Shown: positions 17,731 to 27,256 of the stretch, in pieces
Numbering within the stretch: the stretch's first letter is position 1
Layout: each line of letters begins with the position of its first letter
Assembly: GCA_964492965.1 (NCBI GenBank)
Contig: CAZBME010000006.1
Location: 5,672-69,671, forward strand
Direction: 5' to 3'
From: an uncultured Syntrophaceae bacterium
GTDB taxonomy: Bacteria; Desulfobacterota; Syntrophia; Syntrophales; UBA8958
DNA: 64,000 nucleotides
Made by a program: the position numbers and the translations under genes
Notes under the pieces: model-generated
Told to the model about the DNA's origin: nothing
The model's input: only the letters and a program-made list of their open reading frames with translations
The model's database searches: none

Positions 17731-18183
17731 ATGCGGTGTCGTGGAATAATTATTCCTGCTCTGGTTCTGGCCGGGTTGTTGTTTTCGCAAGTTGCGCAGG
17801 CATTGACGATGGAGCCCCCATTGCCGAATGATTGTGCAGAGGCGGAAAAAGCGACGGATCCGCAGACCAAGGTAAACTTGTACACACGCTGCCTTGATGC
17901 GACCGATAAGTACGATAGACCACTCGAGGCCTATCAGCGCAATAATATATATTTTCATCGTGCCAATGCGTTGTTCGAACTGCAACGCTACGCAGAAGCA
18001 CTTGCCGACTATGACCGGTTTCTTGCCAAAACCAGCAGCGGCCATGTCTGGGCGCTGCATCAGCGTGGATTGACACATCAGGCGATGGGGCAACGTCAAC
18101 TTGCTCTTGCTGACTTCAAGCAGGCATTGGAGTCCAATCCTGATGCACTCTGGGTGCGCATAGGGCCGAAGGGGGCTGCGTAG
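17731..18183 (+). CDS. Secreted TPR-repeat protein
   Basis: 150 aa with a signal-like N-terminus (IIIPALVLAGLLFSQVAQA) and TPR-like repeats (YFHRANALFELQRYAEALADYDRFL, HQRGLTHQAMGQRQLALADFKQALESNP). RBS GGAGGA. Confidence 0.7.
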   Translation: MRCRGIIIPALVLAGLLFSQVAQALTMEPPLPNDCAEAEKATDPQTKVNLYTRCLDATDKYDRPLEAYQRNNIYFHRANALFELQRYAEALADYDRFLAKTSSGHVWALHQRGLTHQAMGQRQLALADFKQALESNPDALWVRIGPKGAA

Positions 18184-18399
18184 GTAACCTTCTCCATATG
18201 CATAGATAGGGAATATAAAATAAATGTAATCTGGTTAATGGGAGGTTCTTCCTCAAATGTTTGCTTGAAACCTTTTGTCTCTTGTGCAAGATTATAAATG
18301 ATTATCGCTGACTCCGCGATTTTATCGATGGTGAATATCGGAAGGGAAATACGTCTAACCGCTTTATTTTTTTAGGACGTGAAGAAAGGAGAATGCATT

Positions 18400-19557
18400 G
18401 TGATTGATTTCAGTTTGAACAAGGATCAACAAAAATTGTTGAATTTAGCGAAGGATTTTGCTGAAAAGGAAATTAGACCTGTAGCAATCGAATATGATCG
18501 TGAAGGGGCCTATCCCGAAGCAATCCTTAAGAAGGCACATGAACTTGGGTTGATGTACACGAATATTCCCAAAGAGTATGGTGGCTCTGGCATGAGTTTT
18601 TTGGAGCATTATGTCGTAACGGAAGCCATGAACTATGAATGCTGTGCCATCGGGCAGCAGATAGGTATATCGCACCTGGCGACAGGGGCCATCCTCATCG
18701 GGGGTAGTGAGGAACAGAAGAAAAAGTTTCTCGGGGACATGTGTGGGAGCTATCGGAGTGCCTGTTTCTGTTTGACTGAAACAGAGGCGGGATCGGATGC
18801 GGCTATGATGAGCACAACCGCGGAGAAGAAGGGAGATAAATACATCATCAATGGCACGAAGTGCTACATCACGAATGGTGGATATGCGGACTTGCTTTGT
18901 GTCTTTGCTACGGTCGATAAAAGCCTAGGAACAAAAGGGATAAGTTGTTTCGCGGTTCCAAGGAGTACTCCGGGAATCAAGGTGGGGCGGGTTGAAGATA
19001 AAATGGGCCACAGGGCCTTGAATGTTGTTGAACTCTTCTTTGAAAATGTTGAGGTCGGGAAAGAGAATTTGATTGGTGGGGAAGGCCAGGGATTCAGGTT
19101 GGCGATGATGGCTCTTGATCGAGGCCGTGTGAATATCGCGGCGGTATGCACCGGCATTTCACAGAAGGCACTGGATGAGTCCGTAAACTGGGCAAATACT
19201 CGGGTCCAGTTCGGACAGAAAATCGGCAATTTCCAGGGAGTCCATTTCATGCTCGCTGACATGAATGCCCTGGTGATGGCTTCTCGGGCAATGTACCTGC
19301 AGGTGGCATGGATGCTGGACCAAAGGATGCGATGTACAACGGAAGGGGCGCTAGTTAAGTTTTTTGCCACAGACGCGGCGATGAAGATTACGACAGATGC
19401 GGTTCAGATCCTTGCTGGCTCCGGATACATGAAAGGTTCCATGGTCGAAAAACTAATGCGTGATGCAAAGCTAACCCAAATTTTCGAAGGGACAAACCAG
19501 ATTAACCGGATGGTTGCCGGGCGCGGGATTCTTGGTGGATCTCCTAGGTTGTTTTAA
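18400..19557 (+). CDS. Acyl-CoA dehydrogenase
   Basis: Part of track ORF 18379..19557. I prefer the GTG at 18400, 7 nt after AAAGGAG. Motifs: CFCLTETEAGSDAA, YITNGG, GEGQGF, IFEGTNQI. Confidence 0.9.
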   Translation: MIDFSLNKDQQKLLNLAKDFAEKEIRPVAIEYDREGAYPEAILKKAHELGLMYTNIPKEYGGSGMSFLEHYVVTEAMNYECCAIGQQIGISHLATGAILIGGSEEQKKKFLGDMCGSYRSACFCLTETEAGSDAAMMSTTAEKKGDKYIINGTKCYITNGGYADLLCVFATVDKSLGTKGISCFAVPRSTPGIKVGRVEDKMGHRALNVVELFFENVEVGKENLIGGEGQGFRLAMMALDRGRVNIAAVCTGISQKALDESVNWANTRVQFGQKIGNFQGVHFMLADMNALVMASRAMYLQVAWMLDQRMRCTTEGALVKFFATDAAMKITTDAVQILAGSGYMKGSMVEKLMRDAKLTQIFEGTNQINRMVAGRGILGGSPRLF

Positions 19558-19847
19558 ACATAAATGGTATGGGGATACGGCGAGATTCAGGAGAGGTATT
19601 ATATTGGGGAATTCTTTTCTTTGAGGTATCGCAATCTTTGCCGTACAAATTTTCGTCGGAAGCGGCAAGACTCTGATGATGTGCAATCATGGAAGGAAGT
19701 CCCATGGGCAGTGGAAAGCATTCGGATGGGGGTTGCGATGATTTTGGCAATGTGCTTCCATACAAGCAGAAGCTGTAAATAGAAATTTTCCTGCTAGAAA
19801 TTGTGATTGCCATAACTACTGTTCTGTTGCCGGAGAAAGGTTGGGAT

Positions 19848-20606
19848 ATGTTTGATCTAAAAGGGAAAGTTGCTATTGTCACAGGGGGGAATGGGGGTAT
19901 AGGGCTTGGTATGGCACGAGGATTGGCAAACGCTGGGGCGTGTGTCATCGTGGCTGCTCGAAATGAAGAGAAGTCTAATATGGTCATACAGGATTTGCGG
20001 GCGCTCAGTTCTGACTCATTTGCGCTAAACGTTGATGTAACCGACGAGCAATCGGTTGAAAATATGGTTTGCGAGGTTTCTCAGCGGTGTGGTCGAGTCG
20101 ATATTCTTGTGAATAATGCCGGGATGAATATCAGGAATCCTGTCCAAGATCTTCTTCTTGATGAGTGGCGGCAAGTCTTGGACACAAATCTAACAAGTGC
20201 TTTTCTTTGTGCTCGCAGCGTATATCCCCATATGAAGGAAATAGGTGGGGGCAAAGTCATTAATATCGGATCTATGCTATCGGTATTTGGTGCATCATAC
20301 GCGCCAGCTTACGGGGCAAGCAAAGGCGGTATCGTGCAGCTTACAAAATCAATGGCCGTTGCTTGGGCAGGCGACCATATTCAGGTCAATGCTATATTGC
20401 CAGGCTGGATTGATACTGACCTGACGCGCCAAGCCAGACATAGTGTTCCAGGCTTGCATGATCGAGTTATTAACAGGACACCGGCAGGAAAATGGGGAAA
20501 CATAAATGACCTTGCTGGTATTGCCGTCTTTTTGGCCAGTTCTGCCTCTGATTTCGTCACCGGTGCGGCTATCCCGGTGGACGGTGGTTATTCGGCACTG
20601 GGATAA
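19848..20606 (+). CDS. Short-chain dehydrogenase/reductase (KduD/gluconate-5-dehydrogenase-like)
   Basis: Start at ATG 19848 (MFDLKGKVAIVTGGNGGIGLG) inside track ORF 19803..20606, with NNAG and YGASKGG motifs. Confidence 0.9.
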   Translation: MFDLKGKVAIVTGGNGGIGLGMARGLANAGACVIVAARNEEKSNMVIQDLRALSSDSFALNVDVTDEQSVENMVCEVSQRCGRVDILVNNAGMNIRNPVQDLLLDEWRQVLDTNLTSAFLCARSVYPHMKEIGGGKVINIGSMLSVFGASYAPAYGASKGGIVQLTKSMAVAWAGDHIQVNAILPGWIDTDLTRQARHSVPGLHDRVINRTPAGKWGNINDLAGIAVFLASSASDFVTGAAIPVDGGYSALG

Positions 20607-20789
20607 TCCATTAGATGGGTTTTTGTAAAATCCAAGAGTTATCGCAATGTAACAAGAAAAAGTATCCAATCGGCTGCACGGCTTCTTGACTGAGATCTGT
20701 CGCCAAGAGTGGATACTAAAGTATTCATGCTGTCAGTCATTTTTCATAGAATCATCGTTCAAAAGCGGCTGTGAAAACAAGGAGGATAT

Positions 20790-21566
20790 ATGCTGGAGTC
20801 ATTAAACGACAAAGTGGCATGGGTAACAGGTGCAGGAACGGGTATTGGACAGGCAGGAGCAGTCGCGCTTGCAAAAAATGATGTCAAAGTTATTCTTTCC
20901 GGACGGAGAAGAGAGGCTCTTCAGGAAACAGCCGAAATCATAAAGCAAATTGGCGGAGAGGCCAAAATAGAAATCCTGGACGTTTCGGACGAGAAGGCTG
21001 TTCAAGACGTCGCAGATCGCATTTATGAGGCCTATGGTCGGCTCGATATTCTTGTCAACAATGCAGGAACGAACGTAACGGAGCGGCATTGGGGTACAGT
21101 TACACCGGAAAAATGGAACCAGGTTATCGATATTGACTTGAATGGTGCATTTTACTGCGCTTCAGCGGTAATACCCATCATGAGAAAACAGAAAGACGGC
21201 CTGATCATCAATGTTTCCTCCTGGTATGGCCGCTTTTATTCGTACATTACAGGACCGGCGTACTGTGCCGCAAAGCATGGGCTGCTCGCCATGAATGCAA
21301 CCATCAATATCGAGGAATGCATTCATGGGATAAGGGCATGTGCGATTTGTCCAGCAGAGGTCTGGACACCCATCATCGACAGGCGGCCGGATGCCCTCAG
21401 TAATGAAGAGAAGGCAAAGATGCTGAAGTCTGATGACCTGGGTGAGACCATCCTTTTTGTGGCGCGTCTTCCCAGGCACGTTTGCATCAATGAACTGCTC
21501 ATGAGCCCTACATGGAATCGTGCCTATGTTTATGATTCCAGTCGACAGCCGCCTGTAACGGGTTAA
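20790..21566 (+). CDS. Short-chain dehydrogenase/reductase
   Basis: 258 aa with KVAWVTGAGTGIGQA, NNAG and YCAAKHG. RBS AAGGAGG. Confidence 0.9.
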   Translation: MLESLNDKVAWVTGAGTGIGQAGAVALAKNDVKVILSGRRREALQETAEIIKQIGGEAKIEILDVSDEKAVQDVADRIYEAYGRLDILVNNAGTNVTERHWGTVTPEKWNQVIDIDLNGAFYCASAVIPIMRKQKDGLIINVSSWYGRFYSYITGPAYCAAKHGLLAMNATINIEECIHGIRACAICPAEVWTPIIDRRPDALSNEEKAKMLKSDDLGETILFVARLPRHVCINELLMSPTWNRAYVYDSSRQPPVTG

Positions 21567-21665
21567 TTTCAGGATCATGTTAAGATTGCGACAACGATAA
21601 ACGGCAAGCTTGATTAATTTTAATGCGGCTTTTTGTCCACCGTAAGTACGTATGATCAAACTTTA

Positions 21666-24305
21666 TCAGTCTTCAGATTCGCTTAACCCATCATCCTCTT
21701 TCGCGGGGGCGCCAGCCTTTTTCGGGATGATTTTTCTGTAGACCTCTTTCGGGGATCTTTTTTGGCCGGCAACGGTTAAAAGCCTGTCGATCGTAATATC
21801 GAAAAGTTTTTCATTCTCTTCCAGATAGGGCAGGATCAATTGCCAATCGGCATCGGTAGTGGCAACGAACTCACCGCCGTTGAGCTGCTCATCGACCAGT
21901 TTTTTGTGGGGATCTCTCACGTAAATCGCACCGCCGGAAGCCAGGGAGAAAATATTGGATCCCGGGTAGGGCGATTCATATTCGCGGATCGATCCGTCGT
22001 TATCATCGAAGCCAATACCGTTCAGAATGACAAAACCACCGCCGTTCAAGGGATCACCGGCCATGAATGATTCCGCAAGGTAGTCCAGGGCTGTCCCGTT
22101 GATGACTACCCGGGGTTTGCCGACGGCGTTGATCAGGGGGCGACCCGCGGCGTTTCCCATGATATAGGCAGTGCCGCCTTTGGCGCCGTACATGAATGTC
22201 TGGCCGACATCGCCGAATACGACCAGCTTTCCTTCTTTCATGATCTGGCAGAGCTGATCCTGGGCATTGCCATGAACATAGATCTCCATGCCGTCAATGC
22301 CCGATGCCAGGTAATCGCCCGATGCGCCATAGACGTCAATCCGCACATCCGTTGTTGCCGGGCCGAACCCGCAGCCCGTAAACCGCTGGCCCCGGTATTT
22401 GTAAACAATAAAACGCTTCCAGCCGAGTTTGTGGGCGGCCACGATCATCACCGCATCGCAGTGGTCGCCTTCCGGCTCAAAATGTTCCGCGTCAATGATG
22501 AGGGTCCTTTCATCATTTTTGGGCGCACGCAGTTGAGCGCGGGTGGCAAAATCGATCCGGCTGAAACGGGCATCGGACTTTTCCGTGATCAGGGGAGTGG
22601 CGGAAAAAATTTCATCCAGAGTGATCTTCAGGACATGCTGGACGGAGCTTCTTTTTATCCGGCCGGTGTTGTACCTCCGGTCGTTCAACAGGGCCAGGGC
22701 GTCGATAGCCGTTTGCTTGAAGTCTTCCTTTTCCAGGGCATATCCCTTGATGGTTTCAATCGCGAACCTGAACCTGTCGGGTTCAAATCCCTCGATATGG
22801 TTCCGGACATAGGTAAATATTTTTTGAGCGGCCGCCGCGGTATCCTTTTCTGAAAACAGTCCGGCAAGTTCTTCTGCTGTTGCTTTCCATTCGTCCGTTG
22901 CGGTGATCTGTTTTGAGATGTCGCAGATGAGTTTGTCTTTGGGCGTTTCGATGACTTTCCCGAATTTGTCGGTGCAGATCAGTGTCTTGCTGCCCGTGCC
23001 GTCACCCGCATCCTTGAGGCTGAAGATGAAGGAGCCGCCATCCGTATAACTGCCGCCGCGGGCGTTCCAGTATTTATCGGCAATGGGCCCGAAGCGCGGA
23101 TCTTCCCGTTCCAGGGAAATAAGAGTTGCATCGATGGCCTGTTTTTCCGAGCATATCAGGCCGATCTGCACTTCCCCTTCCTGCAGGGCAAACACCTGGG
23201 GGCGAAGCATGGCCGTGTCCGTAATGCCGATCAGCTGGAATTGATCATTCTTCCAGTCATTCCGGGCGATAATGAAAAACCATGGCCCGTCGGGCGATGC
23301 ATTGACGTGATGGGTCTGGATGGCCTTATACAGCTCCTGCTTTTCTGCAGGAAGCATGTCAAAATCCATTTCCGATGTTGGCGCCATGGCCTCGATCAGG
23401 TATTCCAGGGGATATTTGTAGACACGGCTCCACAGGTCGAGAAGGCAGGCGGCCTCCTCCGTATCCGTCAGAAACAGGGGATAATAGTTCCGCTGCTTGA
23501 GATATTCATAGACGGCCTGATAGTTTGCGAAATCGCCGTTGTGCACCAGCGCTTCATTGAGTGCGCTGAACGGGTGGCAGCCGCCGGGATGCCAGACGCG
23601 GCCGCGGGTCGGATAACGCTGGTGGGCAAGCCAGGCGTGGGCCTTAAAATCATCCAGTTTGTAGTACCGGACCACATTTTCCGCATAACCGACGATTTTC
23701 AGAATCATCATGTTCCTGCCATGGGACATGACAAAGGCCTTTTTTTCACCGAGGGAAGCATAATACTGCGAGTTGATTTTGAAGCTGTTCTGATAGACAA
23801 ACTCGTCCTCGGCATCCCGCCGGTCCATGGAGGAGAAGTTGTTATCGTCAATGTATTTGTCCAGGATGTCGTCCTTGACGCGCACGAAATAACGCATGAC
23901 ATCAGGGGGCCTGACGTCAAGACCGATGCTGCGGTGGTCGTCAATCGTAGCCAGCTTTTCGGACTTGTCGATTTTAAAGTAAGGTTTGATGTACGTGTTT
24001 TCAATTTCATCGGCCACCGTGGGGTCCAGGAGGGCGATGTGGAACATGTAATCCTCGTCGAGGACCTGACGGGAAACACCCAGGGCTTCGGGAACAAATC
24101 CGACGGCGCCTATGCCGCCGCCTTTCCCGTTGCCTCTGTTGTGCATCTGCGCGGACGGTTCAAAGATGTTCTTCCCGGTGACGGGAATGGAACAGATAAA
24201 TCCGGTGACGCCGCAGCCGCCTTCCTCTTCGGTATTCGGGGCGAGAGTGGGCACCTGGCTGCAAATCTCAGTGCGTGAATATAATATTTTTTCAGCATTA
24301 TCCAT
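21666..24305 (-). CDS. Glutamate-synthase-like fusion: class-II (Ntn) glutamine amidotransferase domain plus long middle region plus C-terminal GXGXG beta-helix domain
   Basis: Part of track ORF 21666..24314. I prefer ATG 24305 (GGAG 10 nt upstream). The N-terminus reads ...EEEGGCGVTGFI...HNRGNGKGGGIG...AHQRYPTRG...VHNGDFANY (Ntn-GATase-like, with the catalytic Cys behind a roughly 30-aa leader). The C-terminus reads YKYRGQRFTGCGFG...VYGASGDYLASGIDGMEIYVHGNAQDQ...GDVGQTFMYGAKGG...GNAAGRP (GXGXG repeats). Confidence 0.8.
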   Translation of the reverse strand: MDNAEKILYSRTEICSQVPTLAPNTEEEGGCGVTGFICSIPVTGKNIFEPSAQMHNRGNGKGGGIGAVGFVPEALGVSRQVLDEDYMFHIALLDPTVADEIENTYIKPYFKIDKSEKLATIDDHRSIGLDVRPPDVMRYFVRVKDDILDKYIDDNNFSSMDRRDAEDEFVYQNSFKINSQYYASLGEKKAFVMSHGRNMMILKIVGYAENVVRYYKLDDFKAHAWLAHQRYPTRGRVWHPGGCHPFSALNEALVHNGDFANYQAVYEYLKQRNYYPLFLTDTEEAACLLDLWSRVYKYPLEYLIEAMAPTSEMDFDMLPAEKQELYKAIQTHHVNASPDGPWFFIIARNDWKNDQFQLIGITDTAMLRPQVFALQEGEVQIGLICSEKQAIDATLISLEREDPRFGPIADKYWNARGGSYTDGGSFIFSLKDAGDGTGSKTLICTDKFGKVIETPKDKLICDISKQITATDEWKATAEELAGLFSEKDTAAAAQKIFTYVRNHIEGFEPDRFRFAIETIKGYALEKEDFKQTAIDALALLNDRRYNTGRIKRSSVQHVLKITLDEIFSATPLITEKSDARFSRIDFATRAQLRAPKNDERTLIIDAEHFEPEGDHCDAVMIVAAHKLGWKRFIVYKYRGQRFTGCGFGPATTDVRIDVYGASGDYLASGIDGMEIYVHGNAQDQLCQIMKEGKLVVFGDVGQTFMYGAKGGTAYIMGNAAGRPLINAVGKPRVVINGTALDYLAESFMAGDPLNGGGFVILNGIGFDDNDGSIREYESPYPGSNIFSLASGGAIYVRDPHKKLVDEQLNGGEFVATTDADWQLILPYLEENEKLFDITIDRLLTVAGQKRSPKEVYRKIIPKKAGAPAKEDDGLSESED

Positions 24306-24322
24306 TATTAGCAAACTCCGCT

Positions 24323-25804
24323 TTAATTACTGTAATCGATGTGTTCGAGCAGGTCCGTCCGGCCCACAAGTTCCGTGACACTTTTCATGCCGAACTTCTG
24401 AAGGATCTCGACAAGCTGGACATTCCATGCATGGTACATATTGGTCAGGCGCTGTGTCGCCCATTCCTCGCCGAACAGGTCCGCCAATTCGGAGTCTGTC
24501 GAGGCGATGCCCCGGGCGCAACCTCGTCCCGATTCACAATTGCCGCAACGGACACATTCCAGGGAGACCATCTCTGAGGTGCCGATCACGGCCCCGTCCG
24601 CGCCAAGGCAGATCGCTTTGGCCAGATCATGGGCGGTCCGGATGCCGCCGGAGGCGATGAGCGTCACGGCATCCCGGGCGCCCTCATCCTTCAGGAAACC
24701 ATGAACCTTGGCGATGGCGTACTCGATGGGCATGGCAATGTTCTTCTTGGCAATATCCGGCGCTGCGCCGGTGCCGCCGTAACCGCCGTCGATGTGGATA
24801 ATATGTGCGCCGGCATAGTAGGAGCCGACGGCAACCATGTCCACGTCATTGGGTGTGGACACCTTGACGGAAACCAGGGCCAATGGATTCATCTGCTTGA
24901 TCCAGTCGATGTGCTTCTTATGATCTTCGATGGAATAGACCGAATGAAACGGGAAGGGCGAAAACAGGGAGGTGCCCTTGACGGCCTCCCGCATTTTGGC
25001 GACGCTTTCCGTATTTTTTTCTCCGAGGAGGTGTCCGCCGAGGCCCGGTTTTGCACCCTGCGCGTATTTAAACTCGACGATTTTCACCCGCTGGATAGTC
25101 TCCTCGCGCACACCGAAGAGCCCCGTAGCGATCTGGGTGATCACGTGGTCATCATAAGGTTTGAGCACCTCCGGGTAGCCGCCTTCACCGGTGCAGGTAA
25201 AGGTATTCCATATGGCGGCATTCCGTGCCTTGGAAACCATGGTGGGCAGGCTGACAGACCCGAAGGACATGCCGCCGCCATAGACCGGGGTCGAGATGAC
25301 CACATTGGCCCGTCCGTCGTTTCTCCGGTTCAGTTTAATTTCCGTAGAGATTTTATTCTTGTCAATCTTCGGCGGGTTGGCGGGAAACTTGAACCGCAAC
25401 TTGTCGAAACCGCCGCCGGAATTGCCCACGTTGTATTCGAGGTCCGTCCGTGCGGGCGGATAACCCGTCTCGGCCATGATCCACGTGCCGGTGATCATGT
25501 CCGCCGTCCAGCGGAAGTCGCCCAGCGTCTCATACATGGGATTAAGGGACAGGCTCAAGGCCTGCCGCGGGCATTTGCCGATGCAGCAAAAAGTCTTCTG
25601 CTGGCATTCAAAGCCGATGCATTTGTAGTCGATGGGCGGATTTACCCGGTTGTGCCCTTCAACCCTTTCATGGACGCCATAGGGGCATGTCTTGGCGCAC
25701 GTTCCGCAGTCAATGCAAGCATCAGACCGGGTAACCTTGTACTTCGGCACTTGATGTTTGAATCGTGAAGGCATGTTTTTAATTTTTACAGTAGATGGTT
25801 TCAT
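24323..25804 (-). CDS. Glutamate synthase FMN-binding (GltB domain 2) subunit with N-terminal 2x[4Fe-4S] ferredoxin (archaeal-type)
   Basis: 493 aa with CIDCGTCAKTCP...CIGKCP, then GGGMSFGSVS, TGEGGYPE, YAQGAKPGLGGHLLG, HSVYSIEDH, IDGGYGGTGAAP and ASGGIRTAHDLAKAICLGADG. The ATG overlaps the upstream stop (ATGA at 25801-25804). Confidence 0.85.
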   Translation of the reverse strand: MKPSTVKIKNMPSRFKHQVPKYKVTRSDACIDCGTCAKTCPYGVHERVEGHNRVNPPIDYKCIGFECQQKTFCCIGKCPRQALSLSLNPMYETLGDFRWTADMITGTWIMAETGYPPARTDLEYNVGNSGGGFDKLRFKFPANPPKIDKNKISTEIKLNRRNDGRANVVISTPVYGGGMSFGSVSLPTMVSKARNAAIWNTFTCTGEGGYPEVLKPYDDHVITQIATGLFGVREETIQRVKIVEFKYAQGAKPGLGGHLLGEKNTESVAKMREAVKGTSLFSPFPFHSVYSIEDHKKHIDWIKQMNPLALVSVKVSTPNDVDMVAVGSYYAGAHIIHIDGGYGGTGAAPDIAKKNIAMPIEYAIAKVHGFLKDEGARDAVTLIASGGIRTAHDLAKAICLGADGAVIGTSEMVSLECVRCGNCESGRGCARGIASTDSELADLFGEEWATQRLTNMYHAWNVQLVEILQKFGMKSVTELVGRTDLLEHIDYSN

Positions 25805-27210
25805 ACGCTCGCAGCTTCTCTGTTTTTAAATAGTTTTCCAAAGGTTTCATGGTCGATGTCATCAAAAAAGATGGCCCGGCCGGTTTCTCCCCGCAGACGA
25901 CGGGCTTCTCGGATGCCCATGGCGCCCATTACCTCAAGGAGTTGTGAATGCCAGGCCCCCATGAGGTTGATGATCCTCTGGGTGACAATTTTCACCGGGA
26001 TTTTTTCCAACCGTTCGGGGAAAACCAGCAACTTTTCCGGTTCCTCGTATAGACGGACGCCGAGGGCAATGAGCAACGGCATGTCGATGGCGGTCAAGTC
26101 TGCGCCACAGAGCATGGCCTTGGGAACATGCTCCGCCATGGCGATTCCACCGGAGAAAATCAAGGTGATTTCATCGCGGATCCGGTCTTCAACAAGCCGC
26201 AGGTGGACGGCCCGGATAATATCTTTTATCAAACGAGGGCTTGAGGTCGATGCACCAGCGATCTCCAATCCGCGGTAGTCGGCAACGACATGGATAATCT
26301 CCGCGCCGCTGTGTGCAAGCTTGGAAACAATGTCCTCCACATCCTTCACCGCCGGAATTCTGATGATCGTGAGTGCCTTGCTGATGCTTTTGATCTTGTC
26401 TTTCACGGCCGGGAAATGGTTCAGCAGTTCATCATTATACTCAACGGCCACGATTCGCGCCTTCTTGATGACGGCCTGATGTTTGTCAATGTCTGTATGC
26501 GTTATGAAGGGGATGATGTTTGGGGTATACTTTTCAACATCCTTTGTCATGCCGGCAACCGGCATGATGATGCATGTGTTGATCTCCGCCGCCGCCCTGG
26601 CCAGTGCCACCTTGATATTCTTGCTCAGGTTATCCGCCGGGATATCGAAGAGAATGGGAATGGGAAGATCGACCGTATCGGGAATCTTCGACAACAACTG
26701 TCCGTTTGCATCAAAGGCCAGATGATTGAGTTTCCTGCCCAGTTCAACGGAGGTGCTGATATATTCCCGTCCATGGATGCCATCCCGGGTCGGTCGGACG
26801 ATTTCAGACATGTCCGTCCACATGCTGTCAAACCCCGTTCCGGTAAACGGTCCCCTGTATCCGGCGCCGGAAACGGGGACCTTCCCGTCCTCCGCCTGTT
26901 TCCACAGGGTGATGAACATATCGGATTTCCAGTAGGAACCGCCGATATTCAGGAAGTCGCGTTCCAGTGATTTTTCCAAGGCGCCCCGGGGGCACTCCTG
27001 AATGCACCGGAAACAGTTTCTGCACACGACGGTGTTGGGGTCCGCCATCTTTCGCGGATCGTCTTTCCCTCGTTTATGGGCCTCATAGATGCATACTTTG
27101 GTGCACCGGCCGCAGTTGATGCAGTTTTCTCCCCGGACAATCTTGAACTTGAATATGGATTCAAGATCAAGGGGCGTCGCTTTTGCGTGGATGTGATATT
27201 TTTTAGGCAT
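25801..27210 (-). CDS. Ferredoxin-fused, catalytically degenerate paralogue of the glutamate-synthase FMN/central-domain barrel
   Basis: 469 aa with CINCGRCTKVCIYEAH...CRNCFRCIQECP. The remainder aligns by eye to the neighbouring FMN subunit only at the ends (GYRGPFTGTGFD...; ITLIFSGGIAMAEHVPKAMLCGADL). It lacks MSFGS, TGEGG, QGAKPG and DGxGGTGA. Confidence 0.65.
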   Translation of the reverse strand: MPKKYHIHAKATPLDLESIFKFKIVRGENCINCGRCTKVCIYEAHKRGKDDPRKMADPNTVVCRNCFRCIQECPRGALEKSLERDFLNIGGSYWKSDMFITLWKQAEDGKVPVSGAGYRGPFTGTGFDSMWTDMSEIVRPTRDGIHGREYISTSVELGRKLNHLAFDANGQLLSKIPDTVDLPIPILFDIPADNLSKNIKVALARAAAEINTCIIMPVAGMTKDVEKYTPNIIPFITHTDIDKHQAVIKKARIVAVEYNDELLNHFPAVKDKIKSISKALTIIRIPAVKDVEDIVSKLAHSGAEIIHVVADYRGLEIAGASTSSPRLIKDIIRAVHLRLVEDRIRDEITLIFSGGIAMAEHVPKAMLCGADLTAIDMPLLIALGVRLYEEPEKLLVFPERLEKIPVKIVTQRIINLMGAWHSQLLEVMGAMGIREARRLRGETGRAIFFDDIDHETFGKLFKNREAASV

Positions 27211-27256
27211 AATTGTTATTCGTCTTTATGAAATGAAGTTTATATGTGACAGTGGC

